Assembly (NCBI GenBank): GCA_964019335.1
Contig: OZ025663.1
Span: 620,001-684,000 of the forward strand
Origin: Diplonema japonicum
Lineage: Eukaryota > Protista > Euglenozoa: Diplonemea
Direction: 5' to 3'
DNA length: 64,000 bases
Under the pieces are notes generated by a model. It saw nothing but the letters and a program-made list of their open reading frames with translations. It did no database searches and had not been told where the DNA came from. This document shows positions 56,155-64,000 of the stretch, in pieces. Made by a program: the position numbers and the translations under genes. The stretch's first letter is position 1, and every line of letters starts with the position of its first letter.

Positions 56155-58836
56155 ATGGCAGTAGCGATGGATAAGGCGATGCTCATTGCCCCGCTGGTGC
56201 TGAGTGTGACGTTCTCGGGGTGTGCCGTTGTTAGCTTAGTTAAAGGTTGTATTTCAGAGGTGATAGCAGAAGGAGTGCTTGCCGTGTGGTGCATTGTGGG
56301 GGTCATGGGCCCATGGTTAAAACTACCGATGCTGGTGTGGTTCGCAGGGTGTTGGGTGCAGCTTGCGATACTCGATGTGCTCCACGAGGGTGTCCACAAC
56401 CTGTGGCTCGTGAGCAGCTCCCTGTCCTTCCTCTTCCTTCAGATTACTACCAACCGGTATGCACGTATCGCCAGCTTGTTCTTTATCACGCTGCACACGT
56501 TGCTGCTCACTTTCTCACAATTTGACGACATCACCCCCACCACCTCCCGTGCCCCTTCCTTCCGGTGGGCTGTTGCTTGGACTGTCTTCTCGACGAGGTT
56601 GTGCTCTCTCTCTATCACTATGGTGGCTGGACTTGCCTTTTCCCACAGGCTCACGAGCCTCGAAACAGAGGTTAGTGAGAGCATTGTGGCGTGCCGGAAC
56701 CTTGCAAAGGAGCTAGGGCAGACCCCCGTAGCTTCCCTGCAGAAAGAGCTACTGTTATACGAGCACCTCACCATAATGGAGCCCCTCTGGTCTGTTACCG
56801 TTATCTTTGAAATGCTCACCAGATACCTCCCAGACGGCTTTGATATCTTTTCATTAGCAAATGATGCCATAAGCACTTTATCTTCGAATTGGTCGATCCC
56901 ACCAGTCTCCCCAGCCACTGGGATACCTTCGAGACTGCGGTCTGTAGCGTTCACGTATGGGAGATCTCGGGGCGAAGAGACATTGTCAGATGGGACGATA
57001 GGCAGCAAGGAGAGCTTTAACAGCTTCCCGCGTGATGCGCCGAGAAAAGAGAGCTTCCATGGCAGATCGACAACGCTGATGCTATTTGACGCGCTGGCCG
57101 ATCCAGCAACGAATGAAATGTACAACCGTGTGAACATAGTAGTACAGAGAGTGAAGGATTGGGGTGGGGTAGTGATTGAGGTACGTTGCGATCAGGTGCT
57201 GGCTGGGTGGAACGTTTGGAGAGCAGAGCCGAAGCACGTAGACAAGGCTCTGGGGTGCATGATAAGCATCTGCAACGATATATGCGCCGCCCCCGAGTGG
57301 TGGTCTCTGTCCGCTGACACAGGCACTGTCTCAACAAGACGAATCGGCGCAAGTGGTGTTTATGCACCTGTTTTAATCGGACGCCCTTTGAGACAGATAC
57401 GCGTGCTTCCTGCGCTTGCTGAAGTTCTTCAGATGCGCACACTTGTAACGGAATCGTCGCAGCAATATGCTGAACACATGCTGCGGCTGATAGACGTAAT
57501 ACCGGAAGAGGGCGGAACCTGTGACAATACTATTAGGATTTTTACTATTGCCTTTGCTGATGATTCAAAAGAAAGCATCGAGGAATATAACAAGGGTTTC
57601 TCTCTGTTCATACTAAAGAGGTTCGACGAGGCATACAAGAAGCTACAGGACTGTCTAAGTGAGGACCCCACAGATTATTTTGCAAAAAGGGGGATGCATT
57701 TTGCAGATGTATCGCGAACTTACGTGGAGGAATTGGGACCGCCCCCGCCTTGGCCCGTGACATATACCCGAATATTTTCGGGGTGGAAGAACTACGAAAC
57801 GGAGATTACAGAACTACAGGGTATTGAAATAAGGAGCTCTCTGAACTCAAGCCCCTTGAGAACCCCGTTACGTGAAGCCGAGCGGAGTTTTCGGAGGATT
57901 AAAAAAAGTTTGGAGGACGCAATAGAAACGCAGAACTCGGACAAGAGCAGCTACGATTCTGAAAGCTCAGCGGAGCGCTTACCAGCAGAGCTTGTGGAGG
58001 AGACCACCAACGAGGTGATATGGCGGTCGGAAAAGAAGCTCGGCAAAGGCGCGTACGGTGTGGTGTGGCAGGGCATGGGGCTTGACGGCTCCCTCATCGC
58101 CATGAAAGCGCTGAAGATACCGTCGCGGACGGTTCGGAAAGGAATGGCATCCCCGACGGGCGGGGCAACAACAGGGAAGAGCTTGCTCGACGAACTTTAT
58201 GTGCTGAGCACCTTGAAACATGCATACATCGTCAGTTACAAGGGCTGCTGCTTGACATCTAGTTATGTAGTGCTGTGCATGGAATGTGTGATGGGGGGCT
58301 CGTTGGAAGGCATACTGACCCTGTTTGGGTCGATCCCGTTAGTGACGCTGAAGAGGTACGCACGGTGCATGGTGTCGGGACTTGCTTACCTACATCGAAA
58401 CAATGTGACACATTGCGACTTGAAACCTTCAAACATCCTGCTGGCAGGTGACGGGACCTGCAAGCTTACTGACTTTGGGACAGTTGTGATCACTACGAAG
58501 CACTGTGGTGACGGCCCCTCTAACCCGCTGGGGACTCCCCTCTACATGGCACCGGAGGCTTCTAATGGAAGTCCAACCCAGCAATCAGACATATGGTCGC
58601 TGGGTATAACAGTTCTGCAGATGCTTACAGGCGAGCCCCCGTATTCAATAGAGCAGCGTTCAATCCCCGTTATATCCTTCCTTCGACGCCTCGCCAACGA
58701 CCCCACCTTCGGTCCAGAGGTGCCTGAGATAGAAGACGAGACCTTCAACGACTTCTTGTTACCATGCTTAAAGCGCAACCAAGAAGAGCGTGGCTGTTCT
58801 TCTGACCTGGCGAACCACCCTTTTCTGTTGTCGTGA
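56155..58836 (+). CDS. Multi-TM protein with degenerate class III nucleotidyl-cyclase-like domain and C-terminal STE/MAP3K-like kinase
   Basis: About 5-6 hydrophobic helices. GGVVIEVRCDQVLAGWN...HVDKA...SADTGTV...IG...VLIG is cyclase-fold-like. Kinase motifs LGKGAYGVVW, IAMK, HCDLKPSNIL, DFG, GTPLYMAPE, SDIWSLG. Confidence 0.85.
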   Translation: MAVAMDKAMLIAPLVLSVTFSGCAVVSLVKGCISEVIAEGVLAVWCIVGVMGPWLKLPMLVWFAGCWVQLAILDVLHEGVHNLWLVSSSLSFLFLQITTNRYARIASLFFITLHTLLLTFSQFDDITPTTSRAPSFRWAVAWTVFSTRLCSLSITMVAGLAFSHRLTSLETEVSESIVACRNLAKELGQTPVASLQKELLLYEHLTIMEPLWSVTVIFEMLTRYLPDGFDIFSLANDAISTLSSNWSIPPVSPATGIPSRLRSVAFTYGRSRGEETLSDGTIGSKESFNSFPRDAPRKESFHGRSTTLMLFDALADPATNEMYNRVNIVVQRVKDWGGVVIEVRCDQVLAGWNVWRAEPKHVDKALGCMISICNDICAAPEWWSLSADTGTVSTRRIGASGVYAPVLIGRPLRQIRVLPALAEVLQMRTLVTESSQQYAEHMLRLIDVIPEEGGTCDNTIRIFTIAFADDSKESIEEYNKGFSLFILKRFDEAYKKLQDCLSEDPTDYFAKRGMHFADVSRTYVEELGPPPPWPVTYTRIFSGWKNYETEITELQGIEIRSSLNSSPLRTPLREAERSFRRIKKSLEDAIETQNSDKSSYDSESSAERLPAELVEETTNEVIWRSEKKLGKGAYGVVWQGMGLDGSLIAMKALKIPSRTVRKGMASPTGGATTGKSLLDELYVLSTLKHAYIVSYKGCCLTSSYVVLCMECVMGGSLEGILTLFGSIPLVTLKRYARCMVSGLAYLHRNNVTHCDLKPSNILLAGDGTCKLTDFGTVVITTKHCGDGPSNPLGTPLYMAPEASNGSPTQQSDIWSLGITVLQMLTGEPPYSIEQRSIPVISFLRRLANDPTFGPEVPEIEDETFNDFLLPCLKRNQEERGCSSDLANHPFLLS

Positions 58837-59422
58837 GATTTTGACTTTCACACGAAGTGGCTCTACCCTACCACGTGGGTCCTAAAGGCTTTTGGCGTAA
58901 AAGAAAACGCAGACATATTCTAACGCGGCAAAGCACAAGACCGTCCTGTTGAGCTTGAACAGTGTCCGAGATCCCCCCGGGCTATGTTGGCAAGAACGGG
59001 GAAACGTCTCCGTTGCCGTAGCTGTTTCCTTATTTTGTGGTGGGGATAACACAGAAATATGGAGATATGAAGATCAGATGTTTTGTTCGCTGTTGGTCAT
59101 CACCGGTAGCGCCCGAGTGGAAGAAGGTATCGCAGAAAAAGAGCTCAGGGTGACGAACAGGCAGCAAACTGCACGGCTCAGAATCTTGGTTACCAGGGGC
59201 GCCCTGTCTGGGGTTGAATTGCACACCGCACACATTAAGGAGGGTATCTATGTTGCCAATGTTTGAGGGAAGCCGTAAGGCTCCAATCTGCAGGGGGTGT
59301 GCCACCCTCGGGACAGCTCCCCCAAGCCGAAAATGCCGGCTGGAGAATAGCCGGGCTTTTTCGGTTCCGGGAGTTTGTCTCTCCGGAATTTTTTGCTTTA
59401 CAGTAGTCTCTCTCTTTTTTTT

Positions 59423-59733
59423 GTGCTGAGACGTGTCCAGGACCTGTACCACGCTGATGGCAGAAGGACGGCGTTCCCAGCAGCGCGAGTGGATCGCGTC
59501 AACTCCCTGCGCTGTATGGGAGGACCGACCACACACGGGTATGACAGGAGGCCAGTACTCCCGGAGCGAACCATGAGCAGCATCGAAGGCTTGCGTGACA
59601 CGTACCTGTCGCAGACCCCGACAAGGCTGCCCCGCAGTTTTACCACCGCAGTAGGAACCCGCCAGAGCCCCCAGAACGGGGACTAAGTACAGCGCGGCCG
59701 GTGAGCGCAAAAACGCATACCTTAAAAGAATAG
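59423..59733 (+). mobile_element. Probable fragment of an unclassified mobile element lying between T tracts; its last 49 bp are copy 2 of the dispersed repeat
   Basis: GC-rich 311-bp block between T8 (59415-59422) and T16 (59734-59749). An open frame ends at TAA 59684-59686, exactly where the shared 49-mer begins. Confidence 0.45.
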
Positions 59734-60454
59734 TTTTTTTTTTTTTTTTCAGATTCTTAGGGAAACGTTCTCAGAGGGATCCCTCCCGAAACGAAAACTA
59801 AGAATCCGAAAAGTCCTAAGTTCCCAACTCCATTCCAGTTTCAGCTTTTTTTGCCTATCCTGACGGGCAAGGTTCTCTGGTGCTCGCAGGGCCTAAATGG
59901 GCCGAAAGAAAATAGTGAGAACAATTTACCACGCTGGTAAGGTTTAGCCCCCATTTACACCTGTCTTTAAATATAGACAACTCAGACACACGAAACATGA
60001 AGCGTGATGACTTTATCTTGCGCCTTCCGGCGTTATGTTACTTCTTGCCTGCAGTTAGCTTTTTTTTCTTTTTTCTGCATGCTTAACGAAAAACAAAAAA
60101 AGAAGATTGCACGCTTAACGCCACCTAGTGTTGCAATCAAAGCCCCATTTTTTTTCTTGAGTTTTGTTACAAATATTTATCTTTCATTTTATAACTATGT
60201 GCAACTTGCGCCGAGCAAAAGATTCGCAGCTTTTTAAAACCTTTTTTGCTCGTGCGAACAAAGACATATAGTCATAAAGGCTTTTTCTTCTTTTTTGTGT
60301 TATCATTTTGAAACCTCTTTTCGGAGGCAGAGAAGGTTCAATGGTTTCTAAGGCGACGCAAGTTAGAGTGAGCCATGTCTGAACAGACTGTAGTCCAGTA
60401 CTTTTCATTTTCCCCCTCTTCTATTGCTCTGCATCGCATCGCATCACAGGCGCC

Positions 60455-61787
60455 ATGGCTGCAGGGTATGACAGCTTCGTGACTCGTGCTGAGTTTGAGT
60501 CGATGCGGCATGACCCACAGACCCTCCTCGACAGGGCTACGCAGTATCTGAACTATTTAGACCAGCAGCAGCAAGCTCTTGAAGAAGAGAATAAGCAACA
60601 GCAGGCCCTTAAATCGGAGAGCAACAAGATAAACTTCACCCCCGATCAGCACTCCAGCCTCATCGAGCACAGTGCCGAGTTGGAGCTTGACCACAGGGAT
60701 CTCTCACAGAAGTACGTGGACCTGGAGCACATCAACAACACGATACAAGGCGTGGTGGATGCACTAAGGGCCGACAAGCAGAGACTGCTGGATGAGCTTG
60801 CGGTGCTTAAGGAAGAACAAGGTAAGCAGGTCGCCGCGCACACAAGGGTCCTGGCAACGGCAAGCGAGCTGCAGGAGCAACGAGAAGACAAAGAGCACCG
60901 TCTGCAGTCTCATAATGACGAGATCAACAACAAGATCTCAGAACTGCAGGACTACAGCGACAGGGCCATCGACGGGACCAAGAGAGTCATCGATCTCCAG
61001 GACCATACCGAGAAGGTCGGCTCTGGCAGGTTAGCTTTAGAGTCAGAAACAACAGCACTAGAACAAAGCACTCAACAGCAAGAGCGAACACTTGCCTACC
61101 TGCAACAGGAGCTCATGTTCCTCGACAACGAGATTAAAAAGAAGGCTGATGAGACTGTGACTCTCAAGAAGCAGATGTCCAGCACCATCCTCGAGCTTCA
61201 GCTGCAAGTGACTAAAGCGGAGGAAGAGATGGCGCGTATTCGAACCACCGTTGCGAACGAAAAGGACTTGACAGGCAGACAGAACGTGTGGCTGGCGAAG
61301 GATCTGCAGGCTAAAAACCAAGAATTGCTGCTTTCGAGGCAGCAGATGACACACGAGAACTCGGATCTGAAGAACGAATTGGTATGTACACACGTGCTAT
61401 TTATTATGTTCACTCCACAGTGCCTGTTGCGCGAGAAGGCGGCAAGGATGAAGTCCAATGTTTATGTAATTGAAAGGAGGAACGAGCTTCTTCACGATGA
61501 CTTGCAGAGGCTTGAAGCACAAGACGCTTTCATGAAGGTATGTCACTACACTAGACCATACTCGTGCACAGGAGTCGTACCTGCAGCGAAAAGACGACGC
61601 GTTCAGGGAGATGAACGAACAAGCTGCCGTTGTCGCCAAGATAACAATGGAGCTGCAGACGTCGAGAGAAGACCTCTTCATGTTGAAGACGAAGTTGTGC
61701 AGAAACTGCAAGGAGGCCATATTAGGCGACGAAAACGTTGTACCCCCGCAGGTCGAGAACCCACCTTCCGTCTCGGTCGTTCCCTAA
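60455..61787 (+). CDS. Hypothetical coiled-coil protein, ~419 aa, 3 exons
   Basis: Continuous heptads. Introns 61382-61420 (in frame) and 61538-61571 restore ESYLQRKDDAFREMNEQ...KLCRNCKEAI...VP*. Confidence 0.7.
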
Positions 61788-61861
61788 CTAGATTAGACTA
61801 TAGAAGTTATTGTTTATTATAAACCCACATTTTTTTTCCCAGACTAATTTCACACAGGACA

Positions 61862-64000
61862 ATGGCAGCTGAGGCAGCAAGATGGGTGGGCGGTGCGGTG
61901 CTCTCTGCCACTACAGCGACAATAGACTCCTTCGACATGACAAGCGGGGCGAATGATATTATCGTAGTTCGGCACGAGAACGGGGACCTGCAGAGCAGTC
62001 CTTTCAATGTGAGGTTCGGGAAAGCGAAGGTGATACGAAGGAGCGACAAGTACGTTTATGTCAACGTGAACGGGAAAAGGGCAGCGGGTGTGGTTCTAAA
62101 GCTGGGGCCCAGTGGCGAGGCGTTCTGGGTGACATCAGGGACCCGAGGGGTTCCTGTGGAAGCAAGGTGCTCGCCAATCACTTCGCCTTTACTATCACCA
62201 CGTGACGACGTAAGCAATAGTGCTAGCAAAGACGGCGAGTCACCTACGAGCACCGGGGAAGTCCCTACAGGTCCTGTGGAGTCTTTAGACATTGGGATGG
62301 GTGTTAGCACTGAGGTTGCCGCTGAGACAGCTGAGAAGAAGAAGAAAAAGAAGAAGCGCCAGGTGGACCCCAACGCAGACCTGACGGAGGACCAGCTCAT
62401 GGAGGATGACAGCGACAGCGACGAGATGATGAGCGACGACGAGGCAGACGCCCTCCTCGCAGACCAGTCGCAGATGATGAAACAACTGAATGAACGTCTT
62501 AACCACCTTAAAGTTGGAAGTGAAGAGAAATCTGCCTCAGTCGATGTGGATGTAGACCCCGAGACGCAGCTAAGGCTCGCCCGGTCTGCGGAGGGTGACT
62601 CTGCGATGGAAGAGAACATGGCGAAGATGCGACAAGAACAAGATCAGCAAACCGAGCCTCCTGTACACCTGGGACTTTGGAAGAGGGTGAAAGACAACGA
62701 AACGAATGAATATGTATACTGGAACGTGAGGACCTTCGAGTTCACGAAAGAGGAACCCGACGAGTGGGAGGAAGGGAGTCTGGACGGCGGGCCACACTTG
62801 TCCAGCGACGAGGATGAGGAAGGGAACCTCGACGATGACGAAGAGAACATCTGCGTTAAAACCCTGTACCCCACCAAGACGCAGCTGGAAAAGCTAGGCT
62901 TGCAAGATGGTGAAAACGAAATCACATTCACCGTGCAGACGACACTGCGAGGGCTCCAGTCCGTGACATGCTATGCTTACCTGTGGGAGTCTAACACGCA
63001 GCTGGTGGTGAGCGACGTGGACGGCACCATCACCAGGTCTGACATATTGGGGCATCTTCTGCCAAAGGTGGGGAAGGACTGGACTCACAAGGGCATCTGT
63101 TCCCTGTACCAGAGGATGGTAGACAATGGGTATGACACGTAGACACAATCCACCAAACAGGTACAAGCTCATTTACTTGTCTTCGAGAAGCATCTCTCAG
63201 ATAAATGGAACAAGAGACTACCTGTTCGGCATTCAGCAAGATGACAAGAGGCTGCCAAGGGCGCCGTTGCTGGTGGCACCGGATCGGATTTTTGCGGCGT
63301 TCACGAGGGAGGTAGTGAAGAGGACGCCGCATGAGTTCAAATGTAGGATGTTGCACACAGTGAAGATGGCGTACCCGAAGGACTGCGAACCGTTTTACGC
63401 AGGGTTCGGGAACAGGGTGAATGATGCGTGGGCGTACTCGTCGGTTGGAATCAGGCCGCACAAGGTCTTCCTCATTGACCCGCAGAGCAATATTCACGTT
63501 TTCGATAACAGAGTGAAGCTAAGGACGTATGGGAGCCTTGACGAGCTGTGTGACAACGCCTTCCCGCCCTTGAAGGAGAAGAAGAAGGTGGTGCCTGCAG
63601 AGTACAACAGTTTCAATTTCTGGTGTCTTAGCCCCTCGCTTGGTGTGGATGAGGATGCAGACCCCAACGATCTCGACATGACCAACACTGGGTTTATTTC
63701 AAGAGACATAGAAAACCCAAGCACTTCTGAGTCACCTGCCCCTGGTGCAAAGCCCCCTGGGCTCGCAGCAGCATGGGGGTCGCCTCCTACTGTGCCTGCT
63801 CTTCCCTCGGATATGCTTGAGAAGGCTCTTACTTCGCCCCCTCGGTCTCCGATTGTAGAGTCAAGCACCCCACCAACTAAGCACGACCCTATTCCTTCCC
63901 CTTCCCCACCCCCTTCCACCAGTTGGGGGCTCTCGTCCATCTTCGGGAGATCAAAGTCCCCTCCTCCTCCTTCTGATGGTGAGACCCAGGAGCAGCAACC
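61862..64000 (+). CDS. PAH1: Lipin / phosphatidate phosphatase, 3'-truncated by window edge
   Basis: N-LIP SGANDIIVVRHENGDLQSSPFNVRFGK; catalytic DxDxT in SDVDGTITRSDILGH. 31-nt intron 63130-63160, then YKLIYLSSRS...PFYAGFGNRVND. Confidence 0.95.

Noticed and set aside
59030-59710. 226-aa minus-strand ORF as a real gene
   Set aside because: It spans the T-tract junction of the putative insertion, opposes the cluster direction and has no recognisable domain.
2635-63940. Numerous minus-strand ORFs (e.g. 16468-17403, 37845-38723, 46804-47520, 56439-57137)
   Set aside because: Antisense shadows of + strand genes with no recognisable motifs.

Overview
Eukaryotic nuclear DNA, most likely a euglenozoan protist. 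Diplonemid-like is my inference from three things: about 21 protein genes all on the + strand, tiny GT-AG introns, and DTPAP-type Pro/Thr linkers. Contents in order: a 5'-truncated DENND6-like gene; a perfect inverted pair of tRNA-Pro(AGG); a 16-exon, ~3810-aa type I membrane protein built from 18 DOMON domains, whose sixth intron carries a decayed piggyBac element (14-bp TIRs, ATAA target duplication); membrane-anchored purple acid phosphatase; CH/EF-hand coiled-coil protein; receptor-type STE kinase; ERH (4 exons, not recovered by the ORF track); nicolin-1; GRIPAP1-like coiled coil; Trx-Grx monothiol glutaredoxin; OB-fold-like/methyltransferase fusion; two paralogous ~90-aa presequence-bearing microproteins; cullin; four-domain voltage-gated Ca2+ channel; PB1-TPR-UBA protein; TM/pseudo-cyclase/kinase; lipin (3'-truncated); and several hypothetical proteins. 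The strongest candidate for an undescribed system is the 18-DOMON surface protein: every domain retains the Met and His expected for heme b ligation, there is no cytochrome b561 partner domain, the tail has a YxxPhi motif, and all exons are phase-0 modules. Splice models were built by eye from GT-AG sites and restored reading frames; family calls come from motif recognition, not database searches.
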